A stretch of DNA of 64,000 nucleotides from Octopus sinensis. Taxonomy: Eukaryota. Within the stretch, counting starts at the first letter, position 1, and every line of letters starts with the position of its first letter. A model generated the notes under the pieces. It was not told the DNA's origin. It did no database searches and worked only from the letters and a program-made list of their open reading frames with translations. This document shows, piece after piece, positions 11,301-24,560 of this stretch. The translations under genes were made by a program, and so were the position numbers. The DNA lies in NCBI RefSeq assembly GCF_006345805.1, contig NC_043012.1, positions 9,734,001-9,798,000 of the forward strand, written 5' to 3'.

Positions 11301-12204
11301 ATACCTCTGGATATCCTTGTTGCTTATTTTAGAAGATTTTATGTAGAATGTAGTCTTCAACGATTTAGAACCAAATCCATTGGGAGATGTCAACTGTATT
11401 ATAGTTAAGCGTGATAAATCACTTCATGTCAGACAACCTACTGGACTCTAAGTATACTGGCACCATATATCTAGCTTTATCTACACAAAAGGGTAGGTCG
11501 TAAGGTTAGTAGTAAGAGAATGCCTGATGGGGAAGGATCGATAATTGGAAGAAAGAAGGATAGGTATAGCCAATATTTATTTTGTTTATCGTATTAAATA
11601 GGAATATAATGAAAAAAACCCCAAAGGGATACGTAATATAAACTTTAGGGGTGGAATTTAGAACTGAAAGATACGGAAGGTAGTAAAATATAACTTAGCA
11701 AATTTATAATATTAAAGCGAGAAAATTTAAATCAATATATAGACGAAGGATAGAAAATAAATTCAAAACCTAATAATGGGATACTTTAATATATATAAGA
11801 AAAACTATTAAGACTTTTTCTAAACATAAAGTATAAATGATCACGGTTAAAAACATTCTATAATGAATGTATAACGGAATTAAATTATCATACGAATAGA
11901 AATACACGGTATATTTTAAACTAATATAAGAACCATTTCTTCGTTACGGGTGGATAAACGTAAGATATTGTAAAAGATGGTATTCAATATATGGAATAAT
12001 TGAATTAGAGGTATACTAAATGTGTAAGCAAGTACATTCGGATACAATACTTTAAAAATTTTACGCATGTAAACATTTAATGAATATACTGCACCTAGGA
12101 AGGTGCTTCAGTTTAAGACCTAACTGAATGGAATCTTAAATATATATATATATAATATATATATATATATTATATATATATATATATATTATATATATAT
12201 ATAT

Positions 12205-12570
12205 CGTGGCACTCCGTGGATTACGATGCTGAGGGTTCCAGTTGATCCGATCAACGTAACAACTTGCTCGTGAATTTAACGTGCAAGTGGCTGAGCATTC
12301 CACAGACACACGTATCTTGAACGTAGTTCTCCGGGAGATTCAGTGTAATAAGTGTGACAAGGCTAGCCCTTTGAAATACAGGTACAACAGAAACAGGAAG
12401 AAAGAGAGAAAGTTGTGGTGAGAGAAAAAGTATAGCAGGTTTCACCACCACCCATTACCAGAGCTTCGTGGAGCTTTAGGTGTTTTCGCTCAGTAAACAT
12501 TCACAACTCCCAGTGTGGGAATCGAAACTGCGATTCTGCGACCGCGAGTCCGCTGCTCTAACCACTGGGC
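12205..12570 (-). mobile_element. tRNA-Arg-like SINE (family R, tail type 2)
   Basis: Homologous to 17116-17507. Confidence 0.85.
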
Positions 12571-12582
12571 CAGAGCGCCCCC

Positions 12583-12613
<31 letters not shown>

Positions 12614-13072
12614 TGTGTGTGTGTGTGTGCGTGCGTGCATGCGTGTGTCTGTGTGTCTGTGTGTGCGTGTGTGTGTGCGAATGTGTATATATATATATAT
12701 ATATAATATATACGTGCTTATAGATACACACGCGCGCGTTCACAGGCACACACATACATATAAGTGTGTTTTCATGTATGTTTTTGCGTTTGCGTGTGTG
12801 TATACATATATACCATAACTAAAAAGAAATCTGCTTTACATAAAACTACTTACTACAATACATGTTTAATCTCTCAGATTGTTCGTATTGGAAAAGTGGA
12901 AAATGGTTTGGACAATCAACTGATAAAAGACAAGAAAAAAAAAATCTGTAAGATACTGAAGAATATACGTCTTTGTGCAAAAGGTTTCTGGAGGATAAGA
13001 CTTTAGAATCAAAGTTCATGTTTGAAGATGGACAACTCTTTAAAATAATATGATATTTAACTTGTAACTTAC

Positions 13073-13138
13073 GACATCTGAGCTACAAAATACTGTTTCT
13101 GGCGTCTGGAAAATTACATCGGACCAACCAAAGTGTCA
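13073..13138 (-). pseudogene. Candidate 66-nt exon with an in-frame TAG (TLWLVRCNFPDARNSIL*LRC)
   Basis: Strong acceptor TTTTCTCTTTTCTTGTAG and donor GTAAGT; phase 1-1 fits the exon at 11005; stop at 13083-13085. Confidence 0.3.
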
Positions 13139-13170
13139 CTACAAGAAAAGAGAAAATAAACCCAAAAGGA

Positions 13171-13205
<35 letters not shown>

Positions 13206-13847
13206 AAAACAAATGTCGGTGACACCACCTCTTGGATATCAATTACTAAATCTGTACAAGTCAACACGTTCGCGGGGTTAATATCTCTTAAATAGACAAA
13301 CACCGTTTAGTGACAATATGGGTAAACAATGATCCTTTCCGATATTAAAATATTACTGATATATATGTATAAGTTCTCAGATTCTATTACAGAATAGGAA
13401 CAAATGACCAGTAAAGTTAACGAGAGTTTATTAGGAAATATAAATTGCTTTTAATCGTTCGATTATTGATCGATTTGCAGAATAAACCTTGTGATAAAGG
13501 ACATTATTATGATAAGACGATCGTTGTAAACTCTAAAGTTATATTAAAAGGTACTTAAATAGCGAACTTTTCATTCACCAGGAATAGATCAAAGAGTTGA
13601 AATTGGAGGGAAGAGATATTAAATGATATAATAAATGGGTAAATACCCGGTTTCGTTATTTAATATATCTAAAATGTATATAAATACTATTTTAACTAAG
13701 CCGTCCATTTTCATCGTTATTTCTCACTCAAACACACACACACGCGCGCACAAACACAGCCACACGCGTGCGCACATAAGCACACATGTACGCACGCACA
13801 CACCTTTCACGCTCCCTACTGCTCACAGAGACAAACGTATATGTGTG

Positions 13848-13878
<31 letters not shown>

Positions 13879-13937
13879 GTGTGTGTGTATGTGTGCATAT
13901 ATACGTGTGTATGTGTGAGTATATATATTATATATTT

Positions 13938-14100
13938 GCAGGAGTGGCTGTGTGGTAAGTAGCTTACTTACCAACCACATGGTTCTGGGTTCAGTCCCAC
14001 TGCGTGATATCTTCGTCAAATGTCTTCTACTATAGCCTCGGGCCGACTATAGCCTTGTGAGTGGATTTGGTAGACGTAAACTGAAAGAAGCCCGTCGTAT
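13938..14100 (+). mobile_element. SINE family 2, 5' half
   Basis: GCAGGAGTGGCTGTGTGGTAAG...GGTTCAGTCCC head, ending in (TA)n. Confidence 0.85.
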
Positions 14101-14112
14101 ATATGTGTATAT

Positions 14113-14194
<82 letters not shown>

Positions 14195-14954
14195 ACATAT
14201 TATATATATGTATGTATATATATATATGTGTATGTGCACACAGACATACACGTATGCATTAATAAGTTATCTCGTTTTGCAGTATTATATTATTTCACTA
14301 CTCTTCTTTTTCATTTCATTTAAATTGAAATGTTTACGGTGTTTTTCTGATTTGATCACTCTCATATCGTTACTACATGTTGCTTTTGCAACGATGTTGT
14401 TTTTGCAACGATGTTGTTTACAGTAGGATTAAGGATCTTTGTATATATTCGAAGAGGGAACTGTTGTAATTCTGATCCTAAATTTTGACAAGTTACAGAG
14501 GCAGTAAGCATAGTAGGGGAGTAACCCTGTCACTCTGTCAAGAGGAAATATTAATACAATACATATTAGCATGTCGGCCCCATACCCGAGACATTAATAC
14601 TCCACCACGAACACAGCAACTACCATCATCATTTCCACCACCACCACACATAATAATGCCATGAACAATACGACTATGGCGAGAAAAAATAGTTAAAGAC
14701 ATCTCTGACGACACAGCATAATGGGAATAAACCAATATTACGAGAGATATTCTATGGCACACATGTATTGCAATATTGCAATAGAAAATTACTGACTCAT
14801 CAGGCATCAGGCGTATATATATATATATTTGTGTGAGTTTGTGTGTGTGTATACATATGTTTGTATGTAGGTGAGCATGTGCGTATGTGCGTGCGTATGT
14901 GTGTATGCATGTGCATGTGTGGGCATTTATGTGTATATGTGCACTACCTCATGC

Positions 14955-14991
<37 letters not shown>

Positions 14992-15197
14992 AGGATATAT
15001 TGATGCACGTGCTTATGTACGTCTGTGTGTGTGAGTGTGTATGCATGTATGTATGCATTTGTCTGGAGAATATTTAATGGCAAACAGACACCAGATCATC
15101 CAAGGTTAATGCCAATAAGCATGAGCGGATATCGAGAAAAGCAAACGGCAAGATAACAATTCGTTGCAGAAAAAGAAATATGAAAATATATATATAG

Positions 15198-15602
15198 GCG
15201 CAGGAGTGGCTGTGTGGTAAGTAGCTTGCTAACCAACCACATGCTTCCGGGTTCAGTCCCACTGCGTGACATCTTGGGCAAGTGTCTTCTGTTGTGGCCC
15301 CGGGTCGACCAATGCCTTGTGAGTGGATTTGGTAGACGGAAACTGAAAGAAGCCTGTCGTATATATATGTATATATATATAAGTGTGTGTGTATATGTTT
15401 GTGTGTCTGTGTTTGTCCCCCTAGCATTGCTTGACAACCGATGCTGGTGTGTTTGCATCCCCGTCACTTGGCGGTTCGGCAAAAAGAGACCGATAGAATA
15501 AGTACTGGGCTTACAAAAAGAATAAGTTCCGGCGTCGAGTTGCTCAACTAAAGGCGGTGCTCCAGCATGGCCGCAGTCAAATGACTGAAACAAGTAAAAG
15601 AG
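15198..15602 (+). mobile_element. Full-length SINE family 2 (tRNA-like head, CTTGGGCAAGT motif, internal TA/TG microsatellite)
   Basis: Shared with many copies in the window. Confidence 0.9.
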
Positions 15603-17115
15603 TATATAAAGTATATTTATTTACAAGTAGCTACGTGGACTTGTTTGTGTGTAAGTATTGACAGATAATGATTATGAAAGTAAAAGCGAGAAAACCAACA
15701 AAGATCTTCACAGACTGTAAGATTCGTACACTCACACACACATACTCACACAGTTGCGCGTGTACAACAGCACATGCGCATCCACACACATAGTCGTGCG
15801 CTGACATGTGCACACAGGTGTACACACATGCGCATCACATGCATATCAATACACACATGTGCGCCCGCTGACACGTGCACACATGGACACGCACATACAC
15901 ATCAAATGCCTACTCTCACACACGCACGCACAGAGGAAGTAAATGCCAATCTCTTTACTTAAAAAATTATTCCATCACTAACGCGATAAATATTAAACTC
16001 ACAAACCTTCATGAACGTATACTCTTTATTAATTAGAAATTCAAAATGCGAAAAACGAAAAGAACACCATTTCTTTAAGAGAAATTATCAAGGAGCAGGA
16101 AGTAATTATATATTACCAAAGAATGAGTGCAAAAGTGACATTGCGATATTAGGCCATAGGGCTTGACAACAGGTTGTTAACAAACCGTTTATTTAATTGA
16201 TAACGTAATAAACTATTAGCTTGATTAATAATTAAACGGAGCAGTGCAATGCGTTTTGTTACCAAAATGATCCGGCCAAACTATAGCAATAGGTGATTTA
16301 GCACACACGATTTCACATCAACATATTGTAAGCCCAAACTATATATGTATGTGTATGTGTGTATGTGTTTAAGAATGCATGTATACAGTCGCCTGTATGA
16401 TTGTGGTTTCACCAAGCACCTGTTTGCTGAAGTGTATTTTACTTGTTTGTACTGGAGTATGACGTAAATGTAAATGGTCTTCATGCGTCTGAAGTCTAAC
16501 ATTTTACATACACCTTTTTCAGGAAGTAAGTTAGGTTTAGTTTTGTTGACAAGTCCTGACAGAATTTCCTGTGTTGAATTGGAATTTCCATTTAATATTT
16601 CAGTTACTAAAATATCGACTTAACAACAATTGGTATGGACCATGCTAAACTTAGACAGTTCATTCTCAATAACGGTCAAAACATTCTATTCAGTAGCAAT
16701 TTTTGGTGTTTTATAGATTACGTCAATGTCTTCTGCTTCCTGCCAGGATATCACAACTGAATCTAGTTTTTATAGGCATATTGATACTATATCTTCCAAG
16801 TGATAATATCTAACAAGAACAACAAACAGGTATAGCTGCTATCCCATGATTATCATCTTTTAGTAACACTAGTATTATACTTGTTTTTTCTGCAACAGAC
16901 ACAGTCATAAACAGCAACAGATCGACAATTGAGAAAAAATGATGTGCAACAACAAATTTCATGAAAAAATACTATTAAGGGAAAACCTTATTTCAAAACT
17001 TAGACAATCGGTGTATATATTTACGTCTCAGAATATTGTGAAATTGCGTATCATATGAAAAGGACAGAGCATCACGCTTCCTAATTTCTTGGTTGGTCGC
17101 ATCATTTTCAATAGG

Positions 17116-17507
17116 TAGTAGGAGCACTCCGTCGGTTACGACGATGAGGGTCCCAGCTGATACGATCAACGGAACAGCATGCTCGTGGAATTAACGTGCA
17201 AGTGGCTGAGCATTCCACAGACACGTGTACCCTTAACGTAGTTCTCGAGGAGATTCAGCGTGACACAGAGTGTGACAAGGCTGGCCCTTTGAAATACAGG
17301 TACAACAGAAACAGGAAGTAAGAGTGAGAGAAAGTTGTGGTGAAAGAGTACAGCAGGGATCACCACCATCCCCTGCCGGAGCCTCGCTTTTAGGTGTTTT
17401 CGCTCAATAAACACTCACAATGCCCGGTCTGGGAATCGAAACCGCGATCCTACGACCGCGAGTCCGCTGCCCTAACCACTGGGCCATTGCGCCTCCACCC
17501 AATTTTT
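17116..17507 (-). mobile_element. Full-length tRNA-Arg-like SINE (family R, tail type 2)
   Basis: 11-bp TSD TTTTCAATAGG at 17105-17115 and 17508-17518. Confidence 0.9.
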
Positions 17508-19589
17508 TTTTCAATAGGACCGAATTGATGACATAGAAAGTTTTAATATCAAAGCTGAAAAAAAAAGGTGTTAATGCAGTTTTTCTTGCACCTAGGGATT
17601 ACCGAATAGTAGTCTCCATAGTAACTAGATACTTTATACGAGTTCTAAGTGCACAGACAGATGCTGAACAGGGTAGGATTCCTGATTAGAAATGGGAAAT
17701 ATGCTCAATAAAGCTTCATTGCTACTAATTTCTTCATCCTCTCGAACTGTTTATTGTTTCGGAATATTGCAGAATCAGAACAATTATTAATATATTAACA
17801 TATTTAGTGGGCAGACTAAGGAATTACATTTTATTATTTTTTATATGAACATCTAATGTATTAGTTAACAGAGAAAAATAAGGCACTATCCATTAATTAC
17901 CAATTCCATATGTAGTCCATCTTTGTTCCAAAGACTTCTTCCGGTGATATTTTTCTTTGCTTGATGGAAATTCATCTTCGGTTGTTTATGGCTTTATTAA
18001 AATGTCAGGATTAGAGTTTGTACACTTTTAGACTATTATCCATGTCGGAGTGGAAGGTGAAATACACATGTGTACCATGAACATTGTTCGATTCGATAAT
18101 TTTATAAATGATTTTCCTGTGATGTGGAGCTTCTCCTAATGCTATAGAATCAATCCCTTGTTCAAAACCCAGATTAAAGTATCAGCATGTATCAGGTCTA
18201 TTTTTATGATAATCACTTTTGTATATAAAGCAACGTACTGGTTAAAATATATTTGATATTTAGTTATAAGATCCACCACTTTTAGTTTGTATCTGTTTGT
18301 GGGTCTGTTTGGTATATTGCTCGGCATTATAGCTGTAATAAAGAAATTCTTCAAATAATTTATCGATAAACATTAATCTATAGAGGACATAGATTATTGC
18401 GGAAGAGAGACGCACCAGCTGGTGGCATTCTAAAGTGGTATCCATAAAACAAACGGTGATGTCAAATATTGTATGAACGATGGGTTGCATTTATGAATTT
18501 TAAGTTATTATCACAAGGTTTCAGAACAATGCTGCATCTGCCCTAATCTCCCTTAACCATAATATTTGTCATTACATTACTCTCGCGAACATTAAATCTT
18601 CTGACATGCACTTATTTTTTTTTTACATCGATAACAATTTGAACATCCAGATTTGAAATGCATTCTAATACGCACCGGAAACTTCTGAGGCGAGAATTGT
18701 TTTCATCAACTCATACAAGTGCTAATCTCGTGTTGGGACAGGTTTTGTTGTCATATTGTGCTTCCTTTTGAATACCACCTATAAAATGTTTTTGCTCAAA
18801 AAACCAATTTCCTCCATATCTTCTATTCCTACGGTAAAATGTGTGAGAAACCCACTTACATTGACGATTATTTGCTCCAGAAGATACCATTGTAAAAGGT
18901 TAATTGTATGCTGGAATGCATACAATTCTTGCATAACAAAGACTTCAGTTAGCGCTATTTAGATCTTTGCAATTTATTCGCATATCACATGCCTAATTAT
19001 TCCTTGTCCCATTTTCTTGCACGACACTATCTTAATGTTTTGTACGTAAGGCCTAGAGGTACAATGTTTTCAGGTGAATACTAACTATAGGATCATTATT
19101 AAGCACAACACACTGCCAATGCATTCGTTCATATTTTTTCTGAGGATTTTCCTCCCCTTCAAATTTATATTCCATTTTTCTTTCGCTTTTAATCTTATTT
19201 TTTACTCTCTCGAGCTTTATAGTTTCCAGCTTTTGTCTTCCTTAACAACCTTATTTCTTATTTCTTACCTTTCATTGTCTAACTTTTGTTTCTAAAATGT
19301 TTCCTCATTATAACTTAATTTCTCTATCTTTACTACCCTCTTCATTTCTATCCTTCTTCACTCCATTTTTGCAACCTTGTTTTTCTATTCTTTCCCTATT
19401 TCTTCTCATATTTACTCCATATTTTCGTTCTGCTACATTTTACAAAATTTCATGCTTCCCCCACCCTTATTCTTTTGTCACCGTGCTGCGATGTTTCTTT
19501 TTCGTTCATATTTCACTCATATTTTTATGCATTTGTGTACATTTAAACTAATTAAATGTTATTTTACAGAATAATAGAATTAAAATTTC

Positions 19590-20300
19590 TTTGATTAAAA
19601 CCCTTTCTAACATGGAAATATCCAAAGAGCATTCAATGCACATAATGATTTATGAGTACAAAAAAGGAAACTCTGCCGCTGAGGCCACTCGAAACATACA
19701 CGCCGTTTATGGAAAAGAATGCTTGAATGAAAGAACTTGCAGAAGATGTTTTGCAAAATTCAGAAGTGGAGATAGAATTCAGCCCTGAAGATGAAAATCG
19801 AAAGAGTAATTCACTTTGAATTTTTACCACCTAATGCAAAAATCAATGCTCAAGTCTACTGTCAGCAATTAGAGCGTTTGAACCAAGCTTTGAAGAAGAA
19901 AAAAAACCGCTTTAGTGAATAGAAAAGGAGTGATGTTTCATCAGGACAATGCGCGACCCCACACTGCAAAGACCAAATCACAGAAGATCGAAGAGTTTGG
20001 TTGGGAAAAAGTTCCTCATCCAGCTTATCCTTCAGACTACAATTGCTTCGTAGTTTACACAATCATTTGGGGTATATAACTTCTCCAAGGCAGGAGGAGG
20101 TCGAAAATGATTTTTCAGAGTTCTTCGATTTGAAACCAAAAGAGTTTTACACTGATGGATCAAAATTTTTGTAAATAGATGGAAGGAAGTCATAAATAAT
20201 CAGAGAAAGTACATAAATGGTTAAATTCCAATTAAATATAACATTTGATCATTTGTTTTCTTTATTAAAAATTCGGACAGAACTTATGAGATGATCTGAT
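19590..20300 (+). mobile_element. Internally deleted mariner transposon (transposase pseudogene)
   Basis: N-terminal HTH MEISKEH...KGNSAAEATRNIHAVYG...RTCRRCFAKFRSG joined to HFEFLPPN...FHQDNARPH...PHPAY; TIR-like end AAAATTCGGACAGAACTTATGAGATGATCT. Confidence 0.9.
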
Positions 20301-20984
20301 GTGTGTGTGTGTGTGTAAATGTAAGATTAAATAATCGAGGTGTGTGAAGAAAATTAGTTTCAAGCAATCCGTAGTAAATATTGAGGCAAAAGGTTGCGGA
20401 TTTTTCGTATCGTAGTATGATAAGCTGGAAAAAAATTATTTTTATGTTTCACTCTAGGCAATCAGGGTTGCTCGTATGCAAATAAGAATACAAGAGTTAA
20501 GGTATGAAATAGGAAAGATCCGGCATGCATATGTTTCATATAGAACAGAACCTCGGAAGTGGTAATTAGTCAAGCCAGGTGTATACGGCAGACTACTCGT
20601 CAGGGTACGGGTATCTTGATTAAATGAAAGTTTACATTTTCGCCAGGCAGTACATGCTAAAACATGGAAGATTCGATCAGAATATGTAGAGAGCACGTTA
20701 AGAGAGAAGAATATAAATGTGGAGAGAAATTAGTATTATATAAAGAAAATAGAAAAAAGCCTGAAGACATCAGGGAGTGGGAGAGTTAAGGAATTTAAGC
20801 AAGCTCATTTGACAAGGAGTTTTCAATAGGGCTGGTTAGGCCGAGTCATAGAGATTTGCAAAGAGTGTGGCATTTGAATACAAAAAGAAGATAATGTGGA
20901 GGGAAGAAGGAGGAGAAACAATTGTGGTCAAGAGGGAGAAAAGTATGCTTAAAGTGAGAGATATTATTAGAATTGGAATTCAAA

Positions 20985-21596
20985 TAAAGGCGGCGAGCTG
21001 GCAGAAACGTTAGCACGCCGGGCGAAATGCGTAGCCGTATTTCGTCTGCCCCTACGTTCTGAGTTCAAATTCCGCCGAGGTCGACTTTGCCTTTCGTCTT
21101 TTCGGTGTTGATAAATTAAGTACCAGTTACGCACTGGGGTCGAAATAATCGACTTAATCCGTTTGTCTGTCTTTGTTTGTCCCCTCTGTGTTTAGCCCCT
21201 TATGGGTAGTAAAGAAATAGGTATTTCGTCTGCCGTTACGTTCTGAGTTCGAATTCCGCCGAGGTCGACTTTGCCTTTCATCCTTTCGGGGTCGATAAAT
21301 TATTAAGTACCAGTTACGCAATGGGGTCGATGTTATCGACTTAATCCGTTTGTCTGTCTTTGTTTGTCCCCTCTGTGCTTAGCTCCTTGTGAGTAGTAAA
21401 GAAATAGAAATAGGCATTTCGTCTGCCGCTACGTTCTGAGTTCAAATTCCGCCGAGGTCGACTTTGCCTTTCATCCTTTCGAGGTCGATTAAATGAGTAC
21501 CAGTTATGCACTGGAGTCGATGCAATCGACTTAATCTGTTTGTCTGTCCTTGTTTGTCCCCTCTGTGTGTACCTCCTTGTGGGCAGTAAAGAAATA
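20985..21596 (+). mobile_element. SINE family 3 trimer inserted as one unit
   Basis: Three ~185-190-bp units starting near 21037, 21222 and 21414; 16-bp TSD AGAATTGGAATTCAAA at 20969-20984 and 21597-21612. Confidence 0.9.
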
Positions 21597-21929
21597 AGAA
21601 TTGGAATTCAAAGAAGAATAAGAGATAATGTAGTAAATACTAAAAGCTAGAAACTAAGAAATGTACATGGTTGTGTGCGAGCGTGCGTGTTTACCGTATG
21701 AAAGTGTAGAGGTGTATGTGAGCGCATAGACATGTAAGTTTACAAGTTTACTTTCCTTCTGCTGTTAATATTAGGTATTGAACCCGAAATCTCAAATGTA
21801 TCAAGCTGTTATACATCCGATATACACGTTTTCCCTATTGATGCTGGATATTTCACAATTATTATACATAACGTTTGTTACTTTTCCAATAGAGGCTTTC
21901 TTATTATTATTACTATTACTATGATCATT

Positions 21930-22314
21930 CTTTTCTGCTCTAGGCACAAGGCCCGAAATTTAAGGGGAGGAGGGCCAGTCGATTAGATCGACCCCAGCAC
22001 TAAACTGGTACTTAATTTATCGACCCCGAAAGGTTGAAAGGCAAAGTCAACCTTGGCGGTATTTGAATTCAGAACGTAAAGACAAACGAAATACCTATTT
22101 CTTTATTACCCACAAAGGGCTAAACACAGAGAGGATAAACAAGGACAGACAAACGGATTAAGTCGATTACATTGACCCCAGTGCGTAAATGGTGCTTATT
22201 TAATCGACCCTGAAAGGATGAAAGGCAAAGTCGATCTCGGCGGAATTTGAACTCAGAACGTAGTATCAGACGAAATACCGCTAAGAATTTAGCCCGGTGT
22301 GCTAACGTTTCTGC
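21930..22314 (-). mobile_element. SINE family 3 dimer
   Basis: 8-bp TSD TGATCATT at 21922-21929 and 22315-22322; empty paralogous site at 28037-28044. Confidence 0.9.
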
Positions 22315-22488
22315 TGATCATTAATAACATCACCATTACTACCAACATAATCATTATTACTGTCATTACCATTTCCACTGCTATGAATATTGATTTCGAT
22401 ATTCTCTACACATGCTGATCGAATCTTCCGTATGTTAACATGTACCTTCTTGCGACAATATAAACTTTAATTTAATCCAGATACCTTT

Positions 22489-22571
22489 GGCCTGAGGAGT
22501 ACCCTGCAGTATTCACCTCACTTAGATTTTTACCACCTCGGAGTCCTGCTCGTTATGAAACATATGTAGCC
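22489..22571 (+). ncRNA. Hammerhead motif (family D), long imperfect helix II
   Basis: GGC-CTGAGGA-GTACC...GTTAT-GAAA-CATATG-TA-GCC. Confidence 0.6.
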
Positions 22572-22619
22572 CGGATCTTACTTAGTCCATTCCTTATCTC
22601 TTGTATATATATATATACA

Positions 22620-22828
22620 TGACCGCGTGTGTACCGTTGGCGATTTTTTTTCCTCCGTCTTCCCTTCTCTGGATCTTTCCTTTTCCTATGTTTCTGACGA
22701 AGAGTTCCGCTCGAATCGTAAAACCCTCCTTCTTCCCTTCCTCCCTGAGCGTCCAATAATACTATATTTGTTCCACGTCCTCGCGTTGTTGTGTTTTCTC
22801 TTTGTGTTTTCATGTTTCGATAAACTTC

Positions 22829-22830
<2 letters not shown>
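22620..22830 (+). mobile_element. Penelope-like pLTR fragment, family C copy 2
   Basis: Homologous to 2275-2470; lies between (TA)n tracts. Confidence 0.65.
22690..22724 (+). ncRNA. Minimal hammerhead motif, family C copy 2
   Basis: GTTT-CTGACGA-A-GAGT-TCC-GCTC-GAAT-CGTA-AAAC (GAAA changed to GAAT). Confidence 0.6.
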
Positions 22831-22900
<70 letters not shown>

Positions 22901-23289
22901 ATATATATTCCTTCATTTGTCAGCAACGTGAATTTATGATCAATAATATTCATTTACAAAATATCGTGCTGCTAATACCTACAGAGATTAACTGTAAATA
23001 GCAATTGCTATAATTTCCATTTCCAATAGTAATTGCTGTAATTTCCAGGCGGCCGAAAGACGAGTGGGCCCTTATTCTATGCTAAGTGATAGACGGACCG
23101 TCATACATATCGAGACCATCTCCTTTATGGATTCCTGTGTCCAAAGATTATAACAATGTGTATTTAACGATTGTTTAAAGTTTCATTTGCGAGATTATTA
23201 CAATGAGTTGTTAACCAACAATGATATGAGCATCAATATTACTTAATTTTTTAATCAGGAGCTGGACACTTGCCCAGTCAACAAATTGA

Positions 23290-23441
23290 CTGTGTGGTAA
23301 GTAGCTTACTTCGGAACCACACGGTTTCGTGTGCAGTCCCACTGCGTGGCACCTTAGGCAAGTGTTTTCTATTATAGCCTCGGGCCGAACAAAGCTTTGT
23401 GAGTGGATTTGGTAGACGGAAGCTGAAAGAAGCCTGTCGTA

Positions 23442-23508
<67 letters not shown>

Positions 23509-23720
23509 GTGTCTATGTGTTTGTGAGTCTGTGTTTGTCCCCTCAACAACGCTTGACAACCGATGCTGTTGTGTTTACGTCCCCGTGAATTAGCGGTTCG
23601 GCAAAAGAAACCGCTAGAATAAGTACTAGGCTTACAAAGAATAAGTCCTGGGGTCGATTTGCTCGACTAAAGGCGGTACTCTAGCATGGTCACAGGCAAA
23701 TGACTGAAACAAGTAAAAGA
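23290..23720 (+). mobile_element. SINE family 2
   Basis: Homology to 15198-15602. Confidence 0.85.
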
Positions 23721-24129
23721 GAGTAAAAAGAATATATATATATATATATATAATTGTGCGTGTATGTGTGTGTAAGTATGCAGGGGGAAATATATATGCA
23801 TATATATATGTATGTATATTTGTAATCTCCGTAGTCTCAAGTTTACAATCCGCTGAGTGTCTAATTTGTAATTCTAAAGTTCATACACCGAATCACTTCT
23901 ATATAAGTTCACCGAGTATAGTAGAAAGCCAGCAATTTATTAATCATGCATATTATTCGATCAATAATAATTCATTTACAATTCTTCAGGGATCGAGATA
24001 TTTACGCCAACATATCCTTCTCAAAACATGACTACCACATTGCTTGGAATATAAAAAAAAAACAGAGAACAATTGTAGGGAGATCTATAGCTGTACACTT
24101 TAAAATTTTTGGCTTAAACAAGGGATAGG

Positions 24130-24347
24130 TATACTCTTTACTCTTATTCTTTTACTTGTTTCAGTCATTTGACTGCGGCCATGCTGGAGCACCACTTTCA
24201 GTCGAGCAAATCGGCCCCGGGACTTATTCTTTGTAACCCCAATACTTATTCTATCGGTCTCTTTTGCCGAACAGCTAAGTGACGGGGACGTAAACACACC
24301 AGCATCGGTTGTCAAGCAATGCTAGGGGGACAAACACAGACACACAA

Positions 24348-24398
<51 letters not shown>

Positions 24399-24560
24399 CG
24401 ATAGGCTTCTTACAGTTTCTGTCTACCAAATCCACTCACAAGACATTGGTCGGCCCGGGGCTATAGCAGAAGACACTTGCCCAAGATGCCACGCAGTGGG
24501 ACTGAACCCGGAACCATGTGGCTGGTTAGCAAGCTATTTACCACACAGCCACACCTGCGC
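24130..24560 (-). mobile_element. SINE family 2
   Basis: Homology to 15198-15602 (reverse complement). Confidence 0.9.

Noticed and set aside
16514-19020. Stops in several decayed frames are mostly TAA/TAG, hinting at a ciliate-type code (parasite DNA)
   Set aside because: TGA stops occur in the same frame near 18500-18550 and 18180, the sample was hand-picked, and the region is interleaved with host SINEs
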